64,000 nt of DNA from an uncultured Gemmatimonadaceae bacterium (GCA_963716745.1 OY970320.1:2304001-2368000); one strand, 5' to 3'; shown: positions 42,763 through 53,242, numbered from the stretch's first letter. Translations and numbers: made by a program. Notes: generated from the sequence alone by a model not told the origin.

Positions 42763-43878
42763 TTACCCGTTCGCAGCTCGCCGCGCCGCGATCTCGATCG
42801 GGACGATGGTCCCGTCCTTCGGCAGGATCTTCGGCTGCTTGTATGAATAGCGCTTCCCCTCGTAGTTCCTGAACACCACTTCGTCGTCGTTGATGGACTC
42901 GACGTATTCGGGCAGGAGCGGGACCTTCCCGCCGCCGCCGGGGCTGTCGATCACGAAATACGGGATCGCCAGCCCACTGGTCCACCCGCGCAGCGCCTTC
43001 ATGATCTCTAGCCCAGTCTGGACCATGGTGCGGAAATGCTCGCCGCCGGCGACCTGGTCGGCCATGTAGATATAGTAGGGGCGCACGCGCGCCTTCAGCA
43101 GCTCGTGCATCAGTTTCATCATGATCTTGGGGTCGTCGTTCACTCCGCGCAGCAGCACGGTGTGCGCGCCGAGCACGACACCAGCCTTACTCAGCCGGTC
43201 CAGCGACGCAACGGTGTTCGGCGTCAGCTCGCTGGGGTGATTGAAGTGGGTGTTCATATAGATCGGATGATATTTCTGCACCATCTCGCAGAATTCCGGC
43301 GTGATCCGCTCGGGCAAATGCGCGGTGATCCGGCTCCCAATGCGGATGATCTCGACATGCGGGATCTCACGCAGCTTTTGGAATATGTGCTCCAAACGCC
43401 GGTCCGAAAGCATCATCGGATCGCCGCCCGATAGGATCACATCCCGCACTTCGGGATGATTCCGGATATACTCGAACGCCGAATCATACTGATTGAGCGG
43501 GATCTTCTCCGGATCGCCCACTTTGCGGCGCCGCGTGCAGAAGCGGCAGTACGTCGCGCACACGGGGCTCACGAGGAACAACACGCGATCGGGATACCGG
43601 TGCGTGATGTTCGGCACCGGACTGTCGCCGTCCTCGTCCAGGCTGTCGATCACGCCGTCGGTGATCTGCAGCTCCTCGACGCTCGGGATGTATTGCTTCC
43701 AGATCGGGTCGTCCACTTCCTTGATCAGGTCCAGCACTTCGGGCGTGATCCGCATCTGGAAGTTGTCGAACGCCGGCGCCAGCGCTTCCACGTCGATATT
43801 CTCGCGGCCGAACTTCTCCGCGAGCTTCTCGAGGGTCGCGATGCTGTCGTCCTTGAGGATCTTCTGCCAGTCGCTCAT
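42763..43878 (-). CDS. kamA: KamA-family radical SAM enzyme (lysine 2,3-aminomutase-like)
   Basis: HRYPDRVL, CATYCRFCTRRR, LSGGDP, HFNHP, PYY, GGGGK PLP-lysine motif. Confidence 0.88.
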   Translation of the reverse strand: MSDWQKILKDDSIATLEKLAEKFGRENIDVEALAPAFDNFQMRITPEVLDLIKEVDDPIWKQYIPSVEELQITDGVIDSLDEDGDSPVPNITHRYPDRVLFLVSPVCATYCRFCTRRRKVGDPEKIPLNQYDSAFEYIRNHPEVRDVILSGGDPMMLSDRRLEHIFQKLREIPHVEIIRIGSRITAHLPERITPEFCEMVQKYHPIYMNTHFNHPSELTPNTVASLDRLSKAGVVLGAHTVLLRGVNDDPKIMMKLMHELLKARVRPYYIYMADQVAGGEHFRTMVQTGLEIMKALRGWTSGLAIPYFVIDSPGGGGKVPLLPEYVESINDDEVVFRNYEGKRYSYKQPKILPKDGTIVPIEIAARRAANG

Positions 43879-44399
43879 TTCCGCCCGCCGGTAAGAGTCT
43901 TCGTCAGCATCACGCGGTCGTCGTCCACCGCATAGAAATCGCGGATCCGCGCCTGTTCGGTATACCCACGCGCCGTGTAGAACTTGCGCGTCCCTTCGTA
44001 GTCGCCGCGGCTGGAGGTCTCGATCAGGATCATTCTGCCGCGCGCCCTACTCACTCGCTCTTCCACTTCCGCCACTAGCGCACGCCCGGCCCCTCTTCCT
44101 TGCGCCTCTCTAGCCGTCGCGATCCAGTACAAATCCCACGTTCCTTCAGTGACCGGCGTTGGACCAAATGCGGCGTATCCGATCAACGCACCACTCCCAT
44201 CGAACGCCCCTACGAACTGATAGTCGGTATCGGGCTCTTCACCCCGCAATCCAAAGCAGGAATCGAACACCTCGAGCGCGACCTCTACCTCATTCTCCCG
44301 GAACGAACCCGTCCCCCGCACGATCGCCTCGAGGCGATCGCGGTGGCTCGCGTTCATTTCACCAATGCGCACCTCACCAGGCTGCGCGCCGGCGGTCAT
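43875..44399 (-). CDS. GNAT family N-acetyltransferase
   Basis: WDLYWIA....QGRGAGRAL acetyl-CoA motif, IETS, FY..RGY. Confidence 0.88.
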   Translation of the reverse strand: MTAGAQPGEVRIGEMNASHRDRLEAIVRGTGSFRENEVEVALEVFDSCFGLRGEEPDTDYQFVGAFDGSGALIGYAAFGPTPVTEGTWDLYWIATAREAQGRGAGRALVAEVEERVSRARGRMILIETSSRGDYEGTRKFYTARGYTEQARIRDFYAVDDDRVMLTKTLTGGRK

Positions 44400-45458
44400 C
44401 CCTGGGCGACGAAGAGATCCAGTGCGATCCGGTCGGCAATGGTCGCGGGCACGCCGCTCAGCGTGCGCGCCGCCAGCCAGAGTTCGTCGGCCGAGTCCTT
44501 GCGGCGCTTCAGAGCGCTCGCGCACACGGCATGGATCATGTCGGCATACTCGAGACCGGCCACGCGCGCCATGCGCGCCAGAGCCGGCGTCGGGTGCGAT
44601 ATCGGGATTCGAATTGACCTCGAGGATCCACGGCTTGCCCGCGCGATCAATGCGCATGTCCACCCGGCCGTATCCCTCGCCGCCGGCCAGGCGCCAGGCT
44701 CTGAGCGCGATACGCTTCAGCTCCTCGCTCTGATCCTTCGGCATCTTGGCGGGACACTGCGGCACGCTGCCCAGATCCTCGTCGCAGCCAGTTTCCCACT
44801 TGCTCTTGTAGCTCACGATGCGCCACATCCCGCGCGGCATGCCGTCGAACTTGATCTCGGCAACCGGCAGCGCGCGGTCGCCCAGGATGCCGACGTTCAC
44901 TTCGCGGCCGTCCACGAATTTCTGGACGAGCACCTCGGTCCACCGCTCGTGCATCGCCATCACGCGCTCGGAGAGCTGGCGCGCGTTGCGCACCACGCTC
45001 CGCTGCTCCACGCCAATGGACGCGTCCTCGGCGGCGGGCTTCACGATCGCGGGATAGCCCACGTGCGGCATCGGATCGCCGGGGTGCACCAGCGCGAAAC
45101 GCGGGATGGGCAGGCCGGCGCGGTCGAGCAGGCTGTTCACGACATGCTTGCGGAGACACATCGACGTCGTCCAGCTCGAGCTGCCCGTATACGGAAGCCC
45201 GATCACTTCCACCGCACTAATGACGCTCGGCTCCAGCTCGGCGACTCCGTCCACGCCTTCGCACAGATTGAAGATCAGATCGAACTTCCCGCGGCGCACG
45301 CGCTCCACCCAGCGGCCGTCAGGATTCACCGGAACGCGCACCACCGTATTGCCGTCGGGGGTGAGCGCGTTCTCCACCGCCTCCACAGTATCGAGGATGG
45401 CGAGATCCGCGCCCTTGCCGAGCGCGGCGGGTCCGTCGAAGAGGACACCGATCTTCAT
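44396..45458 (-). CDS. D-Ala-D-Ala ligase-like ATP-grasp enzyme, apparent frameshift near 44590
   Basis: FNLCEG, PYTGS, IVKPAAEDASIG, GREVNV, YGRVDMR, LEVNSNP. Confidence 0.88.
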
Positions 45459-45479
45459 GTTGTTTCTCCTTGCTTGCGC

Positions 45480-46727
45480 CTAACCGATCGCGGCGGTGCG
45501 CCGGTTGCGGCGCACAGCCTTTCCGGTGAGGCGGACGTTCTGCCGCTCCGCCGCATGACGGAGACAGGCTTGGATGAGCTGGTCGTAATTCATGCCCGCC
45601 GCGCGCGCGGCCTTGGGGAAGCAGGAATTATCGCGCGGGTCGGGAAGGATGCCGGGCAGGGGATTCACTTCGACGACGTTGGGCGTCCCGTCGCCATCAA
45701 GGCGAATATCGATGCGCGACCAATCGCGGCAGCCGAGCACGAAGTAGGCGGCGAGCGCCACCTGCTCGATGCGGGACTGCAGCGCGCTGAATCGACCTGC
45801 GCGGGGCATTCGAAGATCTCGAGCGGATTCTCCGGACGGTCCCAGAGCCACTTGGCCTCGAAGCCGTACACCGGCAGCGCGCCCTCGGGGAGGGCGGCGA
45901 AGTTCATCCCTACTATAGGTAGTACGCGCGCGCCCGAGCCGTTGCCCAGCACGGCACACGTGAACTCGGCGCCGGGGAGCCACTCTTCCACGAGCACGGG
46001 CTGTTGATAGTGCTCGAGCAGGAACAGCGTCTGTTCCGCGAGTTCGGCGGGCGTACGGCAGAAATTTCTTTCAGTTATGCCCTTCGATGATCCTTCGTGC
46101 ACCGGTTTGACGAAGAGCGGCAGGCGGAGCCGGCCGTTCACACCGCGCAGGCGGCGGGTGGTCACGCGCTCGAGAAGGGCGGTGACCTCATGCGCGGCCC
46201 TCACCAGCACAAAAGGGGCGGTGGGCACCCGGTTGTAGGCGAGATATTCTTTCGTGCGCGCCTTATCGAGCCCCATCGCGAGCGTGAACGGATCGGAGCC
46301 GGAGTAGGGAATGCCATAGAACTCGCAGATCGCCGGCACATGGGCCTCGCGATTCGCGCCATTCATCCCTTCGGCAATGTTGAAGACGATATCGGGCTTC
46401 GCGACGCGGAGTTTCTCGGGGAAGTCGGCTGTGGCTTCGAGCCGGATCACTTCACCGACCGCGGCCAAGTGCATCCTCGACCGCATCGATCGTCTCGGCG
46501 CAATCCCACTCAGCGTATTTATCGTTGACCGTGCTGAGGTGGTGAGCGATGACTTCGGGGGCGGGGAAGTGCGAATCGGGATTCGATTCGGCGACTCGCG
46601 AGCGGCGCGACCATTTGCGGCGGCGGCTTGAGATCTCTTCGGCGGGACGCGAGGGGTCGGCGTCAGCTGAGAGGCGAAGAGATGCGGAGTCGGGTTTTTG
46701 ATTGTAGGCGAAGCCTATTCGACTCAT
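45480..46727 (-). CDS. second D-Ala-D-Ala ligase-like ATP-grasp enzyme, apparent frameshifts near 45800 and 46470
   Basis: FNIAEG, PYSGSD, VKPVHEGSSKGI, SRIDIR, EVNPLPG across ORFs 46452-46736, 45665-46486 and 45480-45983. Confidence 0.85.
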
Positions 46728-46775
46728 CTGCTCCATGGGGAACGAGCGAACTACTCGCGAGACTTCACGCGGAGA

Positions 46776-46804
46776 AAGATAGGGTGGAAAGAATTTTAGT
46801 GCAA
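46776..46804 (-). promoter_or_regulatory. sigma-70-type promoter for the ligase-ligase-GNAT-kamA operon
   Basis: minus strand TTGCAC-N17-TATCTT within an AT-rich stretch. Confidence 0.55.
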
Positions 46805-46871
46805 TGATTTCTTTGGAGAAATATTTTCACGCACTACGGCACGACTCACGACATCACTTGCACATCCAACC

Positions 46872-47501
46872 TTGCAGTCAACAGTAAACAGTCACGAGTG
46901 ACTGCCAGTCAACAGTTCACAGTCAACAGCTCACAGAAAACAATTCAGCGTGCGCTGCTGTGATGATGACGATTGGAAAGTTTGGAGGTAGCATGCGCGA
47001 TGCAGATCAGAAGTCATCGGGATCTCATCGTGTGGCGGCGCGCGATGGAGTTCGTGGCGGAGGTGCACGGCCTCAAGCGGAAATTCCCCGCGCGTGAGGG
47101 GAAGGAGTTGTGGAATCAGCTCCTTCGCGCGGCGATGTCCGTGCCCTCGAACATCGCGGAGGGTGCTGGTAGAACCTCTCGCGGTGACTACGCTCGGTTT
47201 CTGTCGATCGCCCGCGGCTCCATACAGGAGGCCGATACTCATCTCGCGATGGCCGTCGCCTTCGGCTACTTGCGACCCGAGGACATCCACCGGGCCGAGG
47301 CACTGAGCTACGAGGTACTGCGGATGCTCACGAAACTCGCGAGCGTTCTCGCCAAGCCCGCGCCCGAATCCGCCACGATGTGAAAAGGGAGGTCGGCCGC
47401 GCACATTGCGCTCGGCCGCCTCCCCGATCCGCTTTCTGTGACCTGTTGACTGTTGAGCTGTTGACTGGCAGTCACTCGTGACTGTTTGCTGTTGACTGCA
47501 G
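46872..47501. mobile_element. long inverted-repeat element, copy 9, carrying a four-helix-bundle gene
   Basis: left arm 46872-46940 and right arm 47433-47501 match the arms of the nine empty copies; mobility is inferred, not shown. Confidence 0.75.
47000..47383 (+). CDS. four-helix-bundle protein (23S rRNA IVS protein family, Avd-like)
   Basis: GGAGG RBS; SHRDLIVW..AM, QL.RAAMSVPSNIAEG.GR, FLSIARGS..E..T.L signature. Confidence 0.92.
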   Translation: MQIRSHRDLIVWRRAMEFVAEVHGLKRKFPAREGKELWNQLLRAAMSVPSNIAEGAGRTSRGDYARFLSIARGSIQEADTHLAMAVAFGYLRPEDIHRAEALSYEVLRMLTKLASVLAKPAPESATM

Positions 47502-47536
47502 GGTGAAGCGTGCAGGTGGCGCAGTGCAGCCGTCCG

Positions 47537-48290
47537 TTAAACCTTGTGGTAAAGGATCCTCGCCGCCTCCCGGCGATCTTCCGCCTGATAAACCTCAAAA
47601 TCCCCAAAAAACCCCGGCGCAATCCCCTGCAACACGCGCAACACCGAAATCGCACATCGCCGTATCTCCTGCTCCGCCCCTTCTCCACGACCGCAGTTCC
47701 AGCATCGTCCGCCAAGCTCTCGCATTCCCCGTCACAACGATCTTCGTCTCCGTCGCATTAGGCAAACCGCCCGCGCCGCCTCACGCGCCATCTTCCGGCG
47801 ATGGACCTTGTCCGCGATCCATCCATACCGCTCCATCAACGCCTCCACCATCGCGATATATGCCGCCAACGCCGATTCCATCTGCGCCTTCCACGCAGTC
47901 TCGAGCGCCGCATCCCCGATCACGGCCGGCGGGATCACGAAATTGGCATCGGTCTCGTCAACATACCGCTGCGAGAGCTGCGAATACGCGAACCCCGCCC
48001 GGTGACGCACCAACTCATGCGTCAGCGACCGGCTCACACCCTCCAAGAGCAACGAATAATTCGCATGCTCGAGCACCGATCCATGACCCTGCTTCTTAAT
48101 GTTCTCGAGATAATCCCGCGTCGTCCTGCTCGCCGGATTCTTCTGACTCATATAACACAACCGCCCCGCGAACTCGGCGAGGCGCTCCCCGTCCGTACTC
48201 TCGCCCATCCACTTCACCGGCAAATGACTCGGGCTCTTTGAACGCCGGCTGGGACAGAACGGTTATGACGGGTTCAGCGAAATATTTCAT
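47537..48290 (-). CDS. thyX: FAD-dependent thymidylate synthase, apparent frameshifts near 48230, 47770 and 47690
   Basis: GRLCYMS, GHGSVLEH, SRSLTHELVRHR..F.YSQLSQRY, REAAR, PNATETKIVVTGN. Confidence 0.9.
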
Positions 48291-48338
48291 GACCCTGCAG
48301 TTGTAGTGGTAGGCGACAGCCGACGGCGACAGCCGAAA

Positions 48339-49965
48339 TTACTTAGCGTCGCCCAACGCCGAAAGCCGCGATCTGTTCCACGCTCGCTCGCGCTCGATGG
48401 AATCCAGCGCCGCCCGCGCCGCCGCCGGCAGCGGCGGCAAGGCCGGGTCGTACTTTACGTCGCCCACCGGCTTCTGACCGGCAGCCGGCACCTTCACGCC
48501 CGGGATTCAAGATCCCGGCCGGATCGAACGCGTCCTTCACGATCTTGAACAGCGCGCGCGATTCATGATGCCACGTCCGGTCCATGAGCGGTGTCCGGAT
48601 CCGGCCGTCGCCATGCTCGCCGCTCAGCGTCCCGCCAAGCTTCTGCACGAGCTCGGTCACGTCCTCGAGCACGCCATCGACCGTCTCGCGCCAATCGCTC
48701 GCGCTCACGTCGACGAGCGGATTCACGTGCATGTGCGCATCGCCGGCGTGCCCGAAGATCACGCCCTTCACGCCATGATCTTCCAGGATCTTCCGCACGC
48801 CGCGCACGTAGTCCACGAGTTGGTCGGGCGGCACGGCGCCGTCTTCGATGAATTGCATGCTCTTGAGCCGAGGATCGAGGCGGGCGAGGATCGGACTCGC
48901 GGCGTGGCGAAGTTTCCACAGGGCGCCCTCGCTCCCGGGGTCGAGCGCGACGCGGATATTCATCGCCCCCGCGCCGCCGAAGAGCCCTTCGAGCTGCCGG
49001 GCGGCCGCGATAGCGGACGTCGCGTCTCCGGCCTCGACTTCTACGAGCAGTACAGCATCGGTGCCATCCGTGACGCCAATGTCGTCGCCCTCGCTGGTCG
49101 CGACGGCCAGGAACGTCCGGTCGATCAGCTCGCACGCGCTCGCGCCATTCGCGCGCGCCCGCGCCGCCGCATCCACGGCCTGCATCACGCTCGCGAACTC
49201 GGCGAGCAGCGTGCACGTCGCGGCCGGAACGGGCACGAGCGACACCTCGACGCCCACGAACATCGCGAGCGTCCCCTCGCTGCCGACGAGGAGATCGATC
49301 AGCTCGCCGCTGCGCGCGTAGTCCGCGAGCGCGTAGCCCGAGCTCTCCTTGCGCACGCCGGGATGCTGCCGGTAGCGGCCGGGCGAGGCGAGGATCGCGG
49401 GATGCGCGGTCTTGTGGAACCGTTCGAGCGCGGGAATGTCCGGCGGGAGCGGTGAGCCGCGGCGCACCACGGCGCGCGAGCCGTCGTCGAACACGCAATC
49501 GAGCGCCGTGACCCAGGCGCGCATCGCGCCGTAGCGCACGCTGTGCGCGCCGGCCGCGTTGGTCGCCGCCATGCCGCCCACAGTGCAAAAGGCGCCGCTC
49601 GACGGGTCCACCGGGAATCTCAGTCCATGCGCGCGTGCCTTCTCATTCACCTCCGCGCGCGTCGCGCCCGGCCCCGCCCACACTCGGCGCCATGTCTCGT
49701 CCAACCGGGACACTCCGCCCAGCCGCGAGAGGTCGACGATGACACCGTCGCCCACCGCGCCGCCGGCCATCCCGCTGCCGCTGCCGCGCGGGATGAGCGG
49801 CATCGCGTTCGCGCTCGCCCATTTTGCGAGCGCGCACACATCGTCGGCGTCGGCCGGCACCGCGACCGCCCGCGGGATGACGCGCGCGATCCCCGCGCCC
49901 TCGGAATAGACGGCGCGTGCCAATTCGTCCTCGCGAAAGATCCCGCGGAATCCGGTCGGTTGCAC
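48339..49965 (-). CDS. FAD-binding oxidoreductase (GlcD/D-lactate dehydrogenase-like); start uncertain, frameshift near the C-terminus
   Basis: PRGSGSG, DPSS...CTVGG...NAAG, GSEGTL, GHAGDAHMH, SGEHGDG, FDPAGILNPG. Confidence 0.88.
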
Positions 49966-50029
49966 GAAAGGGAGATTGGCGACCCGCGGCCTCGTTGACA
50001 AGCGTCTCACGCGGCGGCCATCATCCCTC

Positions 50030-50839
50030 ATGGCCATTGACGCACCGCGCGAGCACGGTCAGCTGATCAAGATCGAGACCGACCGCCGGCTCGGACACGA
50101 GTGGGACGAATGGGACGGCACGCCCCTGGATAACGGAGGCGATTTCCGCTCGCCCGCTCGCCTCTATTTCGGCTTCACCGCGGTGGGGTTCGCGATCGCC
50201 GCCGCGGTGCTCGCGGCGGGGGTCTATTTGCTGGCCCCGCGCCTTGGGGCTTTGTTCGGTTCGGGGGTCCCGGCGGCCCTCTACTATAGTATAGGCGGGG
50301 GGCTGGTTCTCGGGCTCGTTTGGCTGGGGCTGATCGCGGCCGCCGTCTATTCGGGGCGGGCCGTGCTCCCGGAGCGGTTGGCCGAACGGGGACTCCTCTT
50401 GAAGACCCTCAATCTCGCCTGGCGCACCGGCGAGCTCTTTGGTGTGAAGCGCGATTGGACGGGACACGCATCCGTGGCCGTGTACGACCGGCTCGCACTC
50501 GCAAGAGAACGATCACTCTCGCCCGATGAATTGCTCATCCTCGTTCCGCGATGCTTGTCGCGGGAATCGTTGGATGGCGTTCTCGCCATCGCGAAGCGGC
50601 ACGGCGTATCGGCGTTCGTCGCGACGCGCGGCCAATTGGCGCGACGCGTGATCAAGGAACGGCGTCCGAAAGCTGTCGTGGCCGTAGCATGCGAACGCGA
50701 CATGGTCAGTGGATTGCACGATGTGGCGGGGCGGGTGCCGGTGCTGGGGCTGACCATGACGCTGCCCAACGGGCCGTGTAAGGATGCTTCGATCGATCTG
50801 GCGCGCATGGAAGAGTTTGTCGCACGTTATCTGAAATAG
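50030..50839 (+). CDS. DUF116-like membrane protein
   Basis: two TM segments, PRCL, AVACERD and GPCKD conserved-Cys motifs. Confidence 0.7.
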   Translation: MAIDAPREHGQLIKIETDRRLGHEWDEWDGTPLDNGGDFRSPARLYFGFTAVGFAIAAAVLAAGVYLLAPRLGALFGSGVPAALYYSIGGGLVLGLVWLGLIAAAVYSGRAVLPERLAERGLLLKTLNLAWRTGELFGVKRDWTGHASVAVYDRLALARERSLSPDELLILVPRCLSRESLDGVLAIAKRHGVSAFVATRGQLARRVIKERRPKAVVAVACERDMVSGLHDVAGRVPVLGLTMTLPNGPCKDASIDLARMEEFVARYLK

Positions 50840-50850
50840 CGCCGGAACTG

Positions 50851-51886
50851 CAGACCTAGACGCTAGATCTAGACGCTAGAAGGCAACTGCAACTAGAATC
50901 GCAACTACGGGCTGTTGGCTGTCGGCTGTCGCCTGCTTGCGACAGTCGACAGCCGACAGCCCGTTCTTGCTGTGGCTGCGGCAGTTTAGCGTCTAGGCCT
51001 GCACTTCAGTATCTCGCTCCCCCCACCGGCACCTCGGCAGCGAGAGACCACCGCATTCCATCGCGCGAGAGGATCAGGAACGCTGCGGCCTCGAGGTGGC
51101 CGGGCTCCACCGAGCGGCGCTCGCGCAACGTAGCGTATAGCATTGCGGTATTCGCATCCGGCGTGATGCCGGGGATGCTGAGCGAGAGGATGCCGGGGAG
51201 GCTGTCCAGCGGAAGGCCCGCAAGGACGTCGGTCACGACGCTCTCCTTCATCGGCTCCTCGGCGCCAGGCGCGAGGATGTGCCGCACGGTGGAGGAATCG
51301 AGGAATGTCTCCTGCGTGCTACCAACCACGTATCCGAGATGTCCGTCGAGCCAATGACTCGTCGCGTTCGCCGCGCGATAACTCGTTAATAAGCTGTCGA
51401 GCATGCCAGGCGGCACGACTCTGCGCAATGCGGTGATGATGCTTGGATCGGATAGATGCACCGCACCCGATTCGCTTTGCATTTGCAATAGAACGACACC
51501 GCGGCGGTACTGGTTGGCGTACTGCAATGGATGGTATACGGTATCGATCACCGCGACGTACAGCTCATCTTCTTGCGGCACGACGCCCTTTTCGCGCGGA
51601 TTTCCCCGTAGCGGCGTGCCCGCGAGGGCGCCGGCGACGAGAATGAGCCAGATGCCGCCGATCATGAGCGCCGGCGCTATCAGTTTATTGCGCGACATGG
51701 CTGGGCGAGCGCACCGCAACGGCAGGCTGTTGACTGTCGGCTGTCGCCTGCTGGAACATGATGATCATGTAAATCATGTAAATCCTGTCCAAGTATTTCG
51801 GTTCGCGACAGCCGACAGCCGACAGCCCGTAGTTGCAGTTGAAGTAGCAGTGGCCGTCTAACGTCTCAGTCTAGAGTCTAAGTCTG
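50851..51886. repeat. ~82-bp imperfect terminal inverted repeats (50851-50932 / 51805-51886) enclosing one ORF
   Basis: GCAACTACGGGCTGTTGGCTGTCGGCTGTCGC pairs with GCGACAGCCGACAGCCGACAGCCCGTAGTTGC (one mismatch) and extends outward through CTAGACG-type repeats; each end also forms a local hairpin. Confidence 0.8.
51006..51698 (-). CDS. hypothetical exported or membrane-anchored protein
   Basis: N-terminal hydrophobic segment, ~230-aa ORF. Confidence 0.65.
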   Translation of the reverse strand: MSRNKLIAPALMIGGIWLILVAGALAGTPLRGNPREKGVVPQEDELYVAVIDTVYHPLQYANQYRRGVVLLQMQSESGAVHLSDPSIITALRRVVPPGMLDSLLTSYRAANATSHWLDGHLGYVVGSTQETFLDSSTVRHILAPGAEEPMKESVVTDVLAGLPLDSLPGILSLSIPGITPDANTAMLYATLRERRSVEPGHLEAAAFLILSRDGMRWSLAAEVPVGGARY

Positions 51887-51890
51887 TCGT

Positions 51891-52259
51891 TCAGTTCCAG
51901 CCGCCGCCGAGTAGGACATGGAGGGCGGAGAGCGTGAATTCGATGATGGCGCCGATGCTGATGAATGCGGCGATCCAGCGCAATGATTCATACGCCGTCG
52001 TGACCGCCTTCGGCGGGTTGGGGGTGGCGTGCGCATAAGTGAGCGCGCGGTCCACGAGTCCCCAGAACGCCGTTCCGGTGGCGGCGATTAGGAGCATGCC
52101 GAGCATCCATGCCTTCGGCCATGCGAGGAGGATCACCGTACTGCCGAAGAGTCCGGCGCTGAGCGCCGCAACGAGCGAGCGGATGCGCAGGGCGCGCAGC
52201 CGCGCCGCAACGTTGCCGATGGCCGATGGCCGATGGTCGATGGCCGGATCGTCCGCCAC
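51891..52259 (-). CDS. hypothetical membrane protein
   Basis: three hydrophobic segments; GTG start coupled to the ppk2 stop. Confidence 0.6.
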   Translation of the reverse strand: MADDPAIDHRPSAIGNVAARLRALRIRSLVAALSAGLFGSTVILLAWPKAWMLGMLLIAATGTAFWGLVDRALTYAHATPNPPKAVTTAYESLRWIAAFISIGAIIEFTLSALHVLLGGGWN

Positions 52260-53143
52260 TATTTCTGCTTCTCGATGAGCTTCCGTGCCGCGGCGAGGTC
52301 TTTCTTCTGCTCGGGTCCGACCTCGGGGTATTCGAGCTTCAGCGAATCGAGCGCCTCGATCACTGCGCCCGCGACGACGAGCCGGGTGAACCATTTGTTG
52401 TCGGCCGGCACGACGTACCACGGGGCGTGCTTCGAGGATGTGTTCCGGATCATGTCCTCGTAGACTTCCATGTATTGATCCCAATAGCCGCGTTCGACGG
52501 CGTCGGCGCTGGAGAACTTCCAATTTCGCGCGGGTTCATCGAGGCGCCCCAGGAATCGCCGTTTCTGCTCGTCTCTCGAGACGTGGAGGAAGAATTTCCG
52601 GACGAGCACGCCATTGTGGTACAGGTACTGCTCGAAATTGTTGAGGTCTTCGAAGCGCTCTTTCCAGATGTCCTTCGTGACCCGGCTCTTCGGGAGCTTC
52701 TGTTTGGCGAGGAACTTCTCGTGCACGCGCACGGCGAGCACTTCTTCGTAGTACGACCGGTTGAAGATGCCGATGCGTCCGCGCTCGGGCAGATTCTTGG
52801 ACGTGCGCCAGAGGAAATCGTGGTCGAGCTCTTCGCTCGACGGCGATTTGAAGGAGAACACCTGGCAGCCCTGCGGATTGACGCCCGACATGACGTGCTT
52901 GATCGCGCCGTCCTTGCCCGCGGCGTCCATGGCCTGGAAGATGAGCAGTACCGCCCACCGGTCCTGCGCGTAGAGCTTGTCTTGCAGCGCAGCGAGCGTC
53001 TCGATGCCTTCGGCGAGCGCTTTCTTGTGCCCGGTCTTGTCGTCGAGCCGGCCCGTGCTGCCGGGGTCGATATCGGCGAGATGGAACTTGGCGCCGTCGT
53101 TGATGCGGAAGGGTTTGATGAACCGTTCGATATCGTACGCCAT
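52259..53143 (-). CDS. ppk2: polyphosphate kinase 2 family protein
   Basis: QAMDAAGKDG, SFKSPS.EEL.HDFLWR, FNRSYYEEVL, WKFS..D..ER, APWYVVPADNKW. Confidence 0.92.
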   Translation of the reverse strand: MAYDIERFIKPFRINDGAKFHLADIDPGSTGRLDDKTGHKKALAEGIETLAALQDKLYAQDRWAVLLIFQAMDAAGKDGAIKHVMSGVNPQGCQVFSFKSPSSEELDHDFLWRTSKNLPERGRIGIFNRSYYEEVLAVRVHEKFLAKQKLPKSRVTKDIWKERFEDLNNFEQYLYHNGVLVRKFFLHVSRDEQKRRFLGRLDEPARNWKFSSADAVERGYWDQYMEVYEDMIRNTSSKHAPWYVVPADNKWFTRLVVAGAVIEALDSLKLEYPEVGPEQKKDLAAARKLIEKQK

Positions 53144-53242
53144 CGCGAGCCCCCGTGAAGTTGTCTCATTATATGCCCTGGAGCGCCGGGCGGCGAATGG
53201 ACGGCGTTGCCGACGCTGGCCGCGCTTCATAGATTCCGAATA

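Noticed and set aside
43875..45458. Ligase-GNAT fusion protein
   Set aside because: The ligase C-terminus continues in ORF 44396-44650 and the GNAT starts at 44399; the fusion comes from a frameshift.
46973..47383. Diversity-generating retroelement or rRNA intervening sequence
   Set aside because: An Avd-like gene is present, but there is no reverse transcriptase, no TR/VR pair and no rRNA sequence in the window.
49995..50024. TTGACA-N18-CATCAT as a promoter for the DUF116-like gene
   Set aside because: The -35 is perfect but the -10 is weak and the spacing is non-optimal; not enough to call.
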